Counted from the first letter of the stretch, positions 1 through 9,248 are shown. The stretch is DNA of 64,000 nt from Myxococcota bacterium (GCA_965250285.1 OZ252299.1:3840001-3904000), one strand, 5' to 3'. Numbers and translations: made by a program. The notes: generated by a model not told the origin, from the letters alone.

Positions 1-1
1 C

Positions 2-439
2 GCACTCGTCCTGCTGGTCGGCTTCGCGATCGGGTTCGGGTTCCTCTTCTTCTTGATCGGCCGCATCGAGCTCTGGCCGATCCCAGGCCACATCGACTAC
101 CAGCTGCCGGGCAGCTACGACGCGTGGCGCATGGCTCATATGGAGGGGATCGTGAACGGCTTCGGTCTCTGGATCGTGGCGCTCGTCCTCCCGGTCGTGC
201 CGCTGTCCGAGACGCTGCGGGTTCGCGTGACGTGGGGGATGGTCGTCGTGGCCTGGACGATCGTCATCGCCTCGGCGATCGATCCGCTCTTTCCCGACGC
301 GCGCGGTCTGACCTTCGGCGAGAACGGCCCGAATACGGTCGCCTTCTTTCTCTTCTATGCTGGCATCCTGACGGTGATCTGGGTGGTGGCCATGATCGCG
401 ATCCGGTCGCTCTCGGCGGCCCGCACGGGTCGCGGCTGA
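2..439 (+). CDS. Styrene-oxide isomerase (StyC)-like membrane protein, 5' truncated by window edge
   Basis: Frame open from position 2; hydrophobic helices; motifs PGSYDAWRMAHMEGIVNG and ARGLTFG resemble StyC (PGSPEGWARAH..ALNG, NRGLTFG). Confidence 0.7.
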   Translation, partial: ALVLLVGFAIGFGFLFFLIGRIELWPIPGHIDYQLPGSYDAWRMAHMEGIVNGFGLWIVALVLPVVPLSETLRVRVTWGMVVVAWTIVIASAIDPLFPDARGLTFGENGPNTVAFFLFYAGILTVIWVVAMIAIRSLSAARTGRG

Positions 440-476
440 ACGCCGCCCACGCCCCACGACCGAACGAGGCGCGCGC

Positions 477-1685
477 ATGTTCGAGACGCTCAGCGATCGA
501 CTGCCGGCTCGCTGGCGTCCCACGCCGCGACCGGTCGCGCCCGCCGACTACCGCGCGGCCGCCGAGGCGCATCTGCCGCGCTTCATGTGGCGCTATCTCG
601 ATGGCGCCGCCGGCGAACGCCAGAGCCTCCACCGAAACGCCGAGGCGCTTCGGCGACTCACGATCCGGCCTCGGGTGCTGAGTGGCCTCGGCGAAGCCGA
701 CGCGAGCGTCGAACTGCTCGGTCGACGCTGGAGCTCGCCGATCGCGCTCGCACCCGTCGGCGCCGCCGGCATGTGTGCGCATCGCGGCGAAACCCTGGCG
801 GCGCGCGCGGCGCAGGCCGCCGGCGTTCCGTTCACGCTGTCGACGGTCGGTGTGTGCACCACCGCCGAGGTGTCGACGGCGGTGGGCGGGGCGCCCTTCT
901 GGTTTCAGCTCTATGTGATCCGCGATGGGCGCGCGCGCAGCGCGGTGCTCGAAGAGGCGAAACGCGCGGGCTGCGACACCCTCGTCTTCACGGTCGACAT
1001 GCCGGTGCCCGGCAAGCGCTACGACGACCTGGCCCCGGGCGGGCTGGCCGACGGCGGTGCGGCTGCGGGGCTGCGGCGCGTGCTCCAGGCCGCGGCCCGA
1101 CCGCACTGGGCGGTCAACGTCGGTCTGCGCGGGCGTCCGCACGTGCTCGGCAACGTCGCGCCCTTCCTGAAGCCCGGGGAAACCGGCCTGCAGGATTTCT
1201 TTCGCTGGATGCGCGAGAACTTCGACCCGACGATCGACTGGTCGGTGCTCGACGAGATTCGCGGCCAGTGGGATGGCCAGCTCGTGGTCAAGGGCATCAT
1301 GGATCCCGAAGATGCGAGACGGGCGGCCGCGGCCGGCGCGAATGGCATCATCGTGTCGAACCACGGCGGCCGGCAGCTCGAGGGCTCACCTGCGACCGCC
1401 GAGGTCCTTCCGCGCATCGTTTCGGCCGTCCGAACGACGTTCCCAAAGCTCGCCGTGCTGGTCGATGGCGGCGTGCGCTCGGGCACCGACGTCTTTCGCA
1501 TGCTCGCCCTCGGCGCCGACGCGGTGCTCGTCGGACGACCCTGGGTCTACGCGATGGCCGCCGCGGGGCAGGCCGGCGTCGAGCGCTGGCTCGAGCTCGC
1601 CCGCGAAGAGCTGATCACCGAGATGATCCTGGCCGGCGTCGACTCGATCGACGCCATCGACGCGAGCTGCCTCGCGTCTGGCTGA
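477..1685 (+). CDS. FMN-dependent alpha-hydroxy acid dehydrogenase (L-lactate dehydrogenase LldD-like)
   Basis: Motifs WFQLY, FTVD, VKGI, VSNHGGRQL, DGGVRSGTD, GRPW. Confidence 0.92.
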   Translation: MFETLSDRLPARWRPTPRPVAPADYRAAAEAHLPRFMWRYLDGAAGERQSLHRNAEALRRLTIRPRVLSGLGEADASVELLGRRWSSPIALAPVGAAGMCAHRGETLAARAAQAAGVPFTLSTVGVCTTAEVSTAVGGAPFWFQLYVIRDGRARSAVLEEAKRAGCDTLVFTVDMPVPGKRYDDLAPGGLADGGAAAGLRRVLQAAARPHWAVNVGLRGRPHVLGNVAPFLKPGETGLQDFFRWMRENFDPTIDWSVLDEIRGQWDGQLVVKGIMDPEDARRAAAAGANGIIVSNHGGRQLEGSPATAEVLPRIVSAVRTTFPKLAVLVDGGVRSGTDVFRMLALGADAVLVGRPWVYAMAAAGQAGVERWLELAREELITEMILAGVDSIDAIDASCLASG

Positions 1686-1705
1686 CGGCCGAAGCCGCGA
1701 CCGAA

Positions 1706-2242
1706 TCAGCGGACGCCGAACCGACGCGCCGCCCGGTTCGCAGCCGCGGGGCCGGCGAGCTGCCGAAGCAGCAGGAGCCCGTCGACCATCGCGATCGCCG
1801 CCTCGGCGTGGGCGCGCCGCTGCGCGGTCGTGCCCTTCAGGAACTGCGCCGACCACGTGATCCACGTCTCGACCAGTAGCGGCACGACGGTCTTGTAGGG
1901 CTCGCGGCCGGCCACGGCGAGGCCGTTGGCCTCGAAGAAGAGCGCGAACAGCGGATCGACATCGGGCTGCGCGAGCACGCCCCACGCGGCCCGGACCAAC
2001 TCGACGTGGTCGTCCGCCGGGCTCTTGAACGCGGCGGCGAGTGCCGTCTGCAGCTCGATGCCCATCGCCATGAGCACCTCGCGGATCAGGTCGTCCTTGG
2101 TCGGGAAGTAGTAGACCACCGTGCGGTCGCTGATGCCGAGTCGCTCGCCGACGCGGGCGAAGGTCAGCTCGCTCAGGCTCGCCGAGAGCGCCACCTCGAG
2201 CGCGCCCGCGAGGATCTCGGTCTTGTCGTGGCGGTGTCCCAT
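1706..2242 (-). CDS. TetR/AcrR family transcriptional regulator
   Basis: N-terminal HTH (LTFARVGERLGISDRTVVYYFPTKDDL); divergent from hydrolase. Confidence 0.92.
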   Translation of the reverse strand: MGHRHDKTEILAGALEVALSASLSELTFARVGERLGISDRTVVYYFPTKDDLIREVLMAMGIELQTALAAAFKSPADDHVELVRAAWGVLAQPDVDPLFALFFEANGLAVAGREPYKTVVPLLVETWITWSAQFLKGTTAQRRAHAEAAIAMVDGLLLLRQLAGPAAANRAARRFGVR

Positions 2243-2253
2243 CGCGCTTGATC

Positions 2254-2297
2254 GTAGCGCTGACTACGGTTACCGTTTTGTAGCGCTCACTACAAAA
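2254..2297. promoter_or_regulatory. Two imperfect palindromes GTAGCGCT(G/C)ACTAC, putative operator of the adjacent TetR
   Basis: GTAGCGCTGACTAC at 2254-2267 and TTTTGTAG-CGCTCA-CTACAAAA at 2276-2297 in the divergent intergenic gap. Confidence 0.7.
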
Positions 2298-2311
2298 CAC
2301 GGGAGACTCCG

Positions 2312-3178
2312 ATGACCCGAAACCGCGCCGACGCCCCTCAGTGGCCCGAGCCCGGGCTCGCCAAGACACACCTCGGTGAGATCGAGTACCGCGACATCGG
2401 CGACGGCCCGGTCGTCGTCTTTCTTCATCTCGTGCTCGCGGAGGGCTCGCACTGGGACAAGATGCCGCCGCTCCTCGCGGACCGATTTCGCTGCATCATC
2501 CCGACGCTGCCGATGGGCGCGCACCGCGTGCCGGCCCGCGCCGACGCCGACCTCTCCGTGGACGGGCTGGCGCGCGCCGTCGCCGAGCTGCTCGAGCAGC
2601 TCGGCGTCGACGACGTCACGCTGGTCGGCAACGACAGTGGCGGCGCAATCTCACAGGTCGTCGCCGCCGACTACCCCGAGCGGCTGGGCCGCGTCGTGCT
2701 GACCAACTGCGACATGTTCGACGACTTCCCCCCGAAGCTCTTCGCCTACTTCAACCTGCTGCCCCATCTGCCCGGGGGCCTGGCGATCGCCGGGCGCGCA
2801 CTCAAGGTGCGCGCGTTCTGGGGTCTGCCCTTCGTCTTCGGACGACTCGCCAACGAGATCGACGCGACGAAGATCGATCGCTGGGCCGACGCGCTGATCG
2901 CGAGCCCCGACGTGCAGCGCGACGCACGCAAGGTGCTGAAGGGCTTCGGGCCCGCCGTGACGAACCGGGCGGCGCGCATCCTGCGCGACAGCCGGCTGCC
3001 GATCCTCGTCGCATGGGGCGCAGACGACAAGGCCTTCCGCCCGCACCTGGCCGAGCGGTTCTGCGCCGAGGTGCCGACGGCCGAGCTCGTCTGGATCGAC
3101 GACTGCAAGACCCTCGTGTGCTGGGATCAGCCCGAGCGACTCGCCGAGCTGATCAGCGACTTCGCCGCCCGCGGATGA
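2312..3178 (+). CDS. Alpha/beta fold hydrolase (epoxide hydrolase/haloalkane dehalogenase-like, Asp nucleophile)
   Basis: GNDSGG nucleophile elbow, WGADD; GGGAG RBS. Confidence 0.88.
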   Translation: MTRNRADAPQWPEPGLAKTHLGEIEYRDIGDGPVVVFLHLVLAEGSHWDKMPPLLADRFRCIIPTLPMGAHRVPARADADLSVDGLARAVAELLEQLGVDDVTLVGNDSGGAISQVVAADYPERLGRVVLTNCDMFDDFPPKLFAYFNLLPHLPGGLAIAGRALKVRAFWGLPFVFGRLANEIDATKIDRWADALIASPDVQRDARKVLKGFGPAVTNRAARILRDSRLPILVAWGADDKAFRPHLAERFCAEVPTAELVWIDDCKTLVCWDQPERLAELISDFAARG

Positions 3179-3196
3179 GACGGCGACGCCCCCGAC

Positions 3197-3607
3197 TCAG
3201 ACCACGCCGGGTCGGGGGTCGAGCTGCACCAGCTCCTGTGACGCGAGGCCCGCATCGCGGTGCACCGCGATGCGCTGGTATGCGTCGCTCTGGGTCATCT
3301 CGAGGAACACGGTCTTCGAGGGATACTCGGCAATCGCGACCGCATCCCAAGGCAGATCGCCATCGCCGATGACCAGCACGTTGGCCGGGGCCGAGTAGAC
3401 GATCCGAGCGCCGATCTCGGCGAAGATCTTCACGACCTCCTGGCCGTAGAGACCGTACGCTTCGGCGCCCGTGAGCTCGGTTTCGCGCCCGTCGGGGTAC
3501 TCGGCTCGCTCCTTGAACTTGAGCAGGTTCAACATGTGGATCGGCCCGTCTTCGGGCGCGTTCTTCATGAGCTGCTCGATCTGCTCGGGGCGGGGGTGCG
3601 TGGGCAT
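3197..3607 (-). CDS. DUF1330 domain protein
   Basis: MLNLLKFK...AEAYGLYG...WDAVAIAEYPS...HRDAGL pattern. Confidence 0.8.
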   Translation of the reverse strand: MPTHPRPEQIEQLMKNAPEDGPIHMLNLLKFKERAEYPDGRETELTGAEAYGLYGQEVVKIFAEIGARIVYSAPANVLVIGDGDLPWDAVAIAEYPSKTVFLEMTQSDAYQRIAVHRDAGLASQELVQLDPRPGVV

Positions 3608-3663
3608 CGGTTTCTCCTGTGGATGACGTTCGTCGATGGGCGCTCAGATGTCGGGGCGGGCGC

Positions 3664-4278
3664 TCAGCGGGCCTGTGCCCGAAGGAGCACCGAGATGGCG
3701 CGGGCCCAGGCGCGGCGCGTTTGCATCGGGCTGCGCTCGTAGGTGAGCCGAAACTGCTCCCACGACTCGACGGAGGTCAGCGTCGCGATCAGCGCCAAGG
3801 CGTCGTCGCGCTGCGCGGCGGTGAGCGCCGCGAGCTCGGGGCCGAAGTGCGCCCGCGCTTCGTCGACGAGCGCGCGGCGGCCCCGGTCGATCATCTGCGC
3901 GGCACCGGGATCTCGAAGCCCAATGCTGCGCTGCAGCCGAGCCAGCAGGTGCACCTGCTCCCACAGATCGACGCGCGCAGCCGCGAAGCGCTCGGCGCGC
4001 TCATCGAGCGGCCCCGCGCCTGGCTCGGCGACGTCCAGCGGCGGGAAACGCTCCATGACGCGCGCCATCGCGTCGCGTCGCATGACGTCGAGGGTCTCGA
4101 AGTAGCGAAAGAACGTCGCCGTCGAGATGCCCGCGCGCTCGGCCACTTGTTCGGTGGTGGGCGGCAGGTTGCCCTCGAGCACCAGGTCGATGAAGGCGTC
4201 GATCACGCGGGCGCGACGTCGGGTCGATGCCGACGTGCGCTCCCCTTTCGGCGAAGCGTCGCTGGGGCTCGCGGACAT
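3664..4278 (-). CDS. TetR/AcrR family transcriptional regulator
   Basis: HTH PTTEQVAERAGISTATFFRYFETL; ATG at 4278 chosen downstream of palindromic operators. Confidence 0.9.
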   Translation of the reverse strand: MSASPSDASPKGERTSASTRRRARVIDAFIDLVLEGNLPPTTEQVAERAGISTATFFRYFETLDVMRRDAMARVMERFPPLDVAEPGAGPLDERAERFAAARVDLWEQVHLLARLQRSIGLRDPGAAQMIDRGRRALVDEARAHFGPELAALTAAQRDDALALIATLTSVESWEQFRLTYERSPMQTRRAWARAISVLLRAQAR

Positions 4279-4295
4279 GCTGCGATTCTCCGACG

Positions 4296-4351
4296 TGAGA
4301 GCGAAGCTCTCAGCATCGAATGAGAGTTCCACTCTCATCTGGGGTTGTCAA
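4296..4351 (-). promoter_or_regulatory. Tandem TGAGAG-N5-CTCTCA operators overlapping a sigma70-type promoter (TTGACA -35) of the TetR gene
   Basis: Palindromes at 4296-4312 and 4321-4337; TTGACA on minus strand at 4351-4346. Confidence 0.8.
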
Positions 4352-4437
4352 GCTGGCCGTGCGCGACCGAGCGACGACGCGGCGCGATGCCGTTGCGGAG
4401 GGCGACGGGCTCGATGCTCCATCGACGATCGCGACGC

Positions 4438-5238
4438 TCAGTCGTTCGTCGGAGAGGCGACCGAGTCGACCGTCACGACGACGGCGGTCGAGTTGTCCTT
4501 GCCGCCGTTCTGGTTTGCCGCATCGATGAGCCATGCGACCGCCGTGTGCGCGTCGGGCGCGCCGGCGAGCATCGCGCGGATCTCGTCGTCGGGCAGCATC
4601 TCGTACACACCGTCGGAGCAGAGCAAGAAGACGTCGCCCGCTTCGACGACGAACGAGTCGACGTCGGCTTCGATCCGCCCCTTCGCGCCGAGGGCGCGCG
4701 TGAGCACGCTGCGCCGCGGATGCTTGCGCGCCTCCTCGGGTGTGATTTCGCCATTGGCCAGCAGCTGCCCGGCGAGCGAATGGTCGGCGGTCATCGACTC
4801 GAGCGCGTCGTTGCGCAGCCGGTAGAGCCGACTGTCGCCGACGTGCGCAACGCACGCCGTGCCGACACCCGTGAGCAGCAGCGCGACCACCGTCGTCCCC
4901 ATGCCGTCGAGGCGGCGCGACGTCGCCGCCTTCTCGTGGATCTCGGCATTCGCGCGATCGACGGCGGCGCGCAGGCGCGAGGGCCCGTCGCCGTCACCCG
5001 CCCAGCCGAGGCTCCCCAACGTACCGACCGCCATCGCGCTCGCGACCTCGCCGCCGCGATGCCCGCCCATCCCGTCGGCGACGACGACCAGCAGCTCGTC
5101 GCCCGCCGGTGCATCGAAACGATCCCAGCTGTCCTGATTGTCCGAGCGGACGCGCCCGACGTGCGTCATCCCCGCGATGCTCAGCGCCCACCTTCCCCAG
5201 AGCTCGCGGCCTTCGTCGTCTGTCTGTCGAGTGGACAC
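4438..5238 (-). CDS. PP2C-family (Stp1/PrpC-like) Ser/Thr protein phosphatase
   Basis: GRVRSDNQD, VADGMGGH, HVGDSRLY, LCSDG, GGKDNST motifs. Confidence 0.93.
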   Translation of the reverse strand: MSTRQTDDEGRELWGRWALSIAGMTHVGRVRSDNQDSWDRFDAPAGDELLVVVADGMGGHRGGEVASAMAVGTLGSLGWAGDGDGPSRLRAAVDRANAEIHEKAATSRRLDGMGTTVVALLLTGVGTACVAHVGDSRLYRLRNDALESMTADHSLAGQLLANGEITPEEARKHPRRSVLTRALGAKGRIEADVDSFVVEAGDVFLLCSDGVYEMLPDDEIRAMLAGAPDAHTAVAWLIDAANQNGGKDNSTAVVVTVDSVASPTND

Positions 5239-5426
5239 GCCGTGTTCGTCTTCTCGGGCTCTCGTGAATGCACACTGATCGTGCCAGGCACGACACGCGC
5301 GCGGCGGCCGACGAACGCCGGCATCGCCGCTCGGCCAACCCCGGCGCCTCGGCGCCTCGGCGCCCGCATCAGTGACTCGCCTCTATCGTACCGCCCGCGG
5401 AGCAGCTGGCCGCTCGGCCATTTTAT

Positions 5427-5455
5427 TTGACACTTGCAAGTAATCTGCATAGGCT
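5427..5455 (+). promoter_or_regulatory. Sigma70-type promoter TTGACA-N17-TAGGCT containing palindrome ACTTGCAAGT (putative MarR operator)
   Basis: TTGACA 5427-5432, TAGGCT 5450-5455, palindrome 5432-5441, AT-rich upstream tract. Confidence 0.75.
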
Positions 5456-5461
5456 CGCCGG

Positions 5462-5923
5462 ATGGCGATGACGAAGAGCCTGCAGCGGATCGAAGCCGCG
5501 ATGGAGCGCCTCGCGCACATCGGTCAGAGCCGGCGTTCGAGCGCGCGCCGTGCCGCCGACGCCGGCGTCGAACTCTCGGGCGCCGCCCAGCGGGTGCTGC
5601 GTTCGGTGCTCGAGCTCGCACCCGTGCGCATCTCCGACCTGGCGCGGGCGACGCACATGAGCGACGCCGCGGTCAGCCGTCAGGTGACCCAGCTCGAGAC
5701 CGACGGTCTCGTGATGCGCGAGCCCTGCCCCGACGACGGTCGGGTCGCCCGCGTGCGCGCCACCGCGAGCGGACGACGCAGTGGCCAGCGGCTGCGAGAA
5801 GCCGCCGACGAGATCTTCCAGTCGCATCTGTCGGGCTGGCGCGCCCGCGACCTCGAGCAGCTCGCCGAGCTGATGGAGCGCCTCGGCGATGATCTGATCG
5901 GGAACGAGAAGCGGCGCGGCTGA
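5462..5923 (+). CDS. MarR family transcriptional regulator
   Basis: wHTH (ISDLARATHMSDAAVSRQVTQLETDGLV) and DDGRV wing motif. Confidence 0.92.
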   Translation: MAMTKSLQRIEAAMERLAHIGQSRRSSARRAADAGVELSGAAQRVLRSVLELAPVRISDLARATHMSDAAVSRQVTQLETDGLVMREPCPDDGRVARVRATASGRRSGQRLREAADEIFQSHLSGWRARDLEQLAELMERLGDDLIGNEKRRG

Positions 5924-5961
5924 GGCTGGGCCGCAGCGCAGCCGGGGCTACAGGAGAGCGG

Positions 5962-7134
5962 ATGTACTTCGACACGGAGATCTATCGCAAGGTGCTGACG
6001 GCGACGTGGGCCCGCAAGGATTGGCCGGGCCGAAACCGCATGCTCGTCCGGCTCCTGCTCATCGAGCCGGTGGTCGCGCTGTTGCAGAACCTGTTCATGG
6101 CGCTCGACTACGTCTTCTTTCCTTCGCTCTGGCGACAAGAAGTCACTCGACCCGTCTTCATCGTCGGGCATGCACGCAGCGGCACGACTTTGATGCATCG
6201 TCTGATGGCCGCCGACGGAGATCGCTTCAGCTACTTCCTCTACTGGGAGATGTTCTTCCCTTCGCTCACGCTCAAGAAGAGCGTTCGTCTGCTCGGCCTG
6301 CTCGACGAGAAACTGCTCGGCTCGGCCCTCGTAAGGCGCATCCAGGCGTGGGACGACCGCACCTTCGGCCCCTATCGCCACATGCACGACATGAGCCTGT
6401 GGAACCCCGAAGAAGACCAGTTCGTCATGAACGCGGCGTTCGTCACTCAGCAGTGGGCGCTCGAGATACCGCTCATGCACGAGATCGACATCTTTCACGT
6501 CGATCGCCTCGACCCGCGTCGTCGGCGTCGCTGGATGCGCTTCTACAAGGCGTGTGTCAAGCGGCAGCTCGTCCTCCACGGCGCCCACAAGACGCACCTG
6601 AGCAAGAACCCGATCATGAGCGGATGGGTCGCCGGCCTGCTCGAGGCGTTCCCCGATGCGCGCTTCGTGGTGATGATGCGCGACCCCGCGCGCTGCATCC
6701 CGAGCACCCTCAAGCTGGTCGAGGTCAGCTGGAAGGGCAAGCGTTGGCAGCGCGAAGACTACGAGCCCGCGCTCCGCGCGCTCACCGAGCTGTCGTTCGA
6801 CTCGTTCGACCTGCCCCGGGCGACCCTCGACGCCCGGCCCGACGTCCCCCACGTGTTCGTCGACTATCGGCAGCTCACGGCCTCGCCCCGCGAGACGGTC
6901 GAACAGGTCTACGCTGCGCTCGACATCGACCTGTCGCCGGCCTACTCGGCGTATCTGAAGGGGCAGGAAGAGAAAGAGAAGCAGCACGCCAGCCACTTCG
7001 AGTACAGCATCGACGACTACGAGATCAGCGCCGGCGAGATCGAGGCACGACTCGCAGCGCACTACGCACGCTACGACTGGCCCCGCTCGAGCGAGCGCGT
7101 GGCCAGCGCCGATACGACGGAGCCCCGAGTATGA
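5962..7134 (+). CDS. Sulfotransferase (PAPS-dependent, Stf-like)
   Basis: PVFIVGHARSGTT 5'-PSB loop, SKNP, MMRDP; AGGAG RBS. Confidence 0.9.
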   Translation: MYFDTEIYRKVLTATWARKDWPGRNRMLVRLLLIEPVVALLQNLFMALDYVFFPSLWRQEVTRPVFIVGHARSGTTLMHRLMAADGDRFSYFLYWEMFFPSLTLKKSVRLLGLLDEKLLGSALVRRIQAWDDRTFGPYRHMHDMSLWNPEEDQFVMNAAFVTQQWALEIPLMHEIDIFHVDRLDPRRRRRWMRFYKACVKRQLVLHGAHKTHLSKNPIMSGWVAGLLEAFPDARFVVMMRDPARCIPSTLKLVEVSWKGKRWQREDYEPALRALTELSFDSFDLPRATLDARPDVPHVFVDYRQLTASPRETVEQVYAALDIDLSPAYSAYLKGQEEKEKQHASHFEYSIDDYEISAGEIEARLAAHYARYDWPRSSERVASADTTEPRV

Positions 7135-8501
7135 AAGACACGATCGAAGTCACGAAGAACCTCCGCGCCGCGTTCGATCGCATGATCGAGCAGCTGCAGG
7201 CCGCCCGCGACGCCATCGACACCCCCGAGCTCGACCCGGTGCCGGCCGACGAGCGCAACCTGGCAGAGGGCTATCGCTATCTGATGGGCTACGTGCTCGG
7301 CGGCATCGAGCGCGCGCTCAATGACCCGCTTCACCCGAGCTTCATGCGCGCGATCCAGCCGATGAACCGGGCGACGATCGACAACTCGGACGCGGTCTAC
7401 CTGTATACCGAGATCGATGGCAATCATGCCTACCGCATCCGTGGCAAGGCCCTCGACAGTCGACACTGGCGTGGTGAAGAGCCGGCCACCGGTCGGAGGG
7501 CCCCGCAGTACGTGATCTTCGAGCTCGCGAGCGGTTACGCGGGCGATTCGGGATCGCTGGCCGAGTTGATCCCGGGCACCCGCATCAACACCGGGACGCT
7601 CGACTGCCACGCGCTGCAGGTCGAACCCGACGGCACGTTCGAGATTCTCGTCGCGCCCGAGAAGCCCGAGGGCTACACGGGCAACTTCCTGCTCAGTCGC
7701 CGCGAGAGCCAGGGCAAGGAGTACGTCGGGCGCTTCCTCACTTGCCGCGAGCTCTTCCACGACTGGGCGAACGAAGACGTGCTCGATCTCGAGATTCTGC
7801 GCGTCGACTGCGAGAAGACCCCTCGGCCACCGATCGACGAAGCCGGCGCGATCGAGATGATGCAGACGATCGGCGACTTCACGAACAACCAGATGCGCTT
7901 CTGGAACGTCTTCTATACCCAACTGCTCGAGACCTACGGCAAGACGCCGATGGGGCTCTCGGAAGAAGGCGCCCCCCAGTTCATGCCCGTGAACGACATG
8001 AACCCGCCGAACGCGCTGGGCATCGCGACCGGCGGCGGCCAGAGCACGAACATCTACTCGGGCGGCGTCTACCAGCTCGCGGAAGCCGAAGCGCTGATCA
8101 TCGAGTCGACGGTGCCGGTCGAGCCGAGCTTTCTCGGCTTTCACCTGTCGAATCTCTGGGGTGAGTCGCTCGACTTCGAGAGCTACCAATCGAATCTGAA
8201 CCCCGCCCTGATGGACTTCAGCGAAGACGGCGTCTACCGCTGGGTCGTCGCCCACGCAGATCCGGGCGTGCGCAACTGGGTCGACACGACCGGGCTCGGC
8301 CACGGCTTCCTCACGGTTCGGTACAGCTACGAGCGCCAGCCTCCCAGGGAGGACTGGCCGACGCTGCATGTCGAGAAGGTCGCGCTCGCCGACGTCCGCA
8401 ATCGCATGCCGGCCGATACGCGCGGCGTCACCCAGGCCGATCGCGAGGCCGCGATCCTCATGCGCCACCGACACGTGCAGCGGCGCTACCGTCAGTACTG
8501 A
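7131..8501 (+). CDS. DUF1214-like protein (commonly paired with sulfotransferases)
   Basis: ATG at 7131 overlaps the sulfotransferase stop (ATGA); motifs DNSDAVY, LSNLWGESLD, VAHADPGVRNWVDT. Confidence 0.75.
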   Translation: MKDTIEVTKNLRAAFDRMIEQLQAARDAIDTPELDPVPADERNLAEGYRYLMGYVLGGIERALNDPLHPSFMRAIQPMNRATIDNSDAVYLYTEIDGNHAYRIRGKALDSRHWRGEEPATGRRAPQYVIFELASGYAGDSGSLAELIPGTRINTGTLDCHALQVEPDGTFEILVAPEKPEGYTGNFLLSRRESQGKEYVGRFLTCRELFHDWANEDVLDLEILRVDCEKTPRPPIDEAGAIEMMQTIGDFTNNQMRFWNVFYTQLLETYGKTPMGLSEEGAPQFMPVNDMNPPNALGIATGGGQSTNIYSGGVYQLAEAEALIIESTVPVEPSFLGFHLSNLWGESLDFESYQSNLNPALMDFSEDGVYRWVVAHADPGVRNWVDTTGLGHGFLTVRYSYERQPPREDWPTLHVEKVALADVRNRMPADTRGVTQADREAAILMRHRHVQRRYRQY

Positions 8502-8588
8502 ACGCGCCACCGACATGTCCGGCGGTACCAGGGCCAGTATTGAACGTCCCACCGACATGTCCTGCGGCGCTCGCGGCCGTACCGAACG
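8463..8588 (+). repeat. Three degenerate 42-bp tandem repeats derived from the 3' end of the DUF1214-like gene
   Basis: Units 8463-8504, 8505-8546, 8547-8588 share CCACCGACAYGT..GCGG...GTAY(T/C)GAACG. Confidence 0.85.
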
Positions 8589-8614
8589 AGTCGCTGCCCA
8601 GAAGGAGACGCCGC

Positions 8615-9220
8615 GTGCCGGATGAACCGAGGCCTCGAGTGTGGCCCAAGCGCATCGCGATCCTCGTCGGGGTGCTCGCGATCTCGTACCTCGTCGTCAG
8701 CCAACTGCTGGCGCGCGCCGACGGACCGGTCTTCGTCTTCGCAGGGGGCCCATTCCAGACCGGTGAGATCATCGAGTTCGACGACTTCGACTGGACCGCA
8801 GCCGACGAGCTGCACGAGCTCGAGCTCGAGATCGTCGGAGCCGAGCGCTCGCGCATTCTCTGGTTCAGCGTCGACCGCGGCGTCCCCTATGTGGCGTGCG
8901 ATCTCGACTGCGTCGATGGTGTGCTGAAGCGCTGGCCCCAGGAGATCGCCGACGACGACCGGGTCGTCGTGCGCATCGAGGGACAGCGCATCGAGGGTCG
9001 GCTCATCCACGTGCCCCATGGCTCGACCGAGTACACCGAGGCGAAGGTGCGACGCAGCGAGAAGTACTCGGGCAACGACGGGGGACGCGCGGCCGCCGAG
9101 ACGGCCGCGCACAACACGGTGGTCGACGTCGGCGAATCGTTGACGGGCCGCGATCAGCGCGCCGAGCCCGGCGACCGACTGTTTCGCATTGCGCCGCGCC
9201 AAGCGGGCGAAGCGGGATGA
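8615..9220 (+). CDS. Hypothetical protein with N-terminal membrane anchor/signal
   Basis: GTG at 8615 preceded by AAGGAG; hydrophobic segment IAILVGVLAISYLVV; typical codon usage. Confidence 0.7.
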   Translation: MPDEPRPRVWPKRIAILVGVLAISYLVVSQLLARADGPVFVFAGGPFQTGEIIEFDDFDWTAADELHELELEIVGAERSRILWFSVDRGVPYVACDLDCVDGVLKRWPQEIADDDRVVVRIEGQRIEGRLIHVPHGSTEYTEAKVRRSEKYSGNDGGRAAAETAAHNTVVDVGESLTGRDQRAEPGDRLFRIAPRQAGEAG

Positions 9221-9248
9221 GGCCTTCGCGCCGACCGAGCCGGCGGCG

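Noticed and set aside
5268..5294. Sigma54 promoter upstream of the PP2C gene (TGGCACG on minus strand)
   Set aside because: The GC dinucleotide is not at the required GG-N10-GC spacing
5342..5365. Short GGCGCCTC tandem repeat
   Set aside because: Under three copies of a GC-rich octamer; expected by chance
6006..7130. 831-aa ORF 6006-8501 as one protein
   Set aside because: The first ~375 codons overlap the sulfotransferase in another frame and are Arg/Ala/Pro-rich shadow sequence; the real start is ATG 7131
8463..8588. Mini CRISPR array, or Sec read-through of TGA 8499/8541
   Set aside because: Units are contiguous and degenerate with no unique spacers or cas genes; no redox motif or convincing SECIS follows these TGAs
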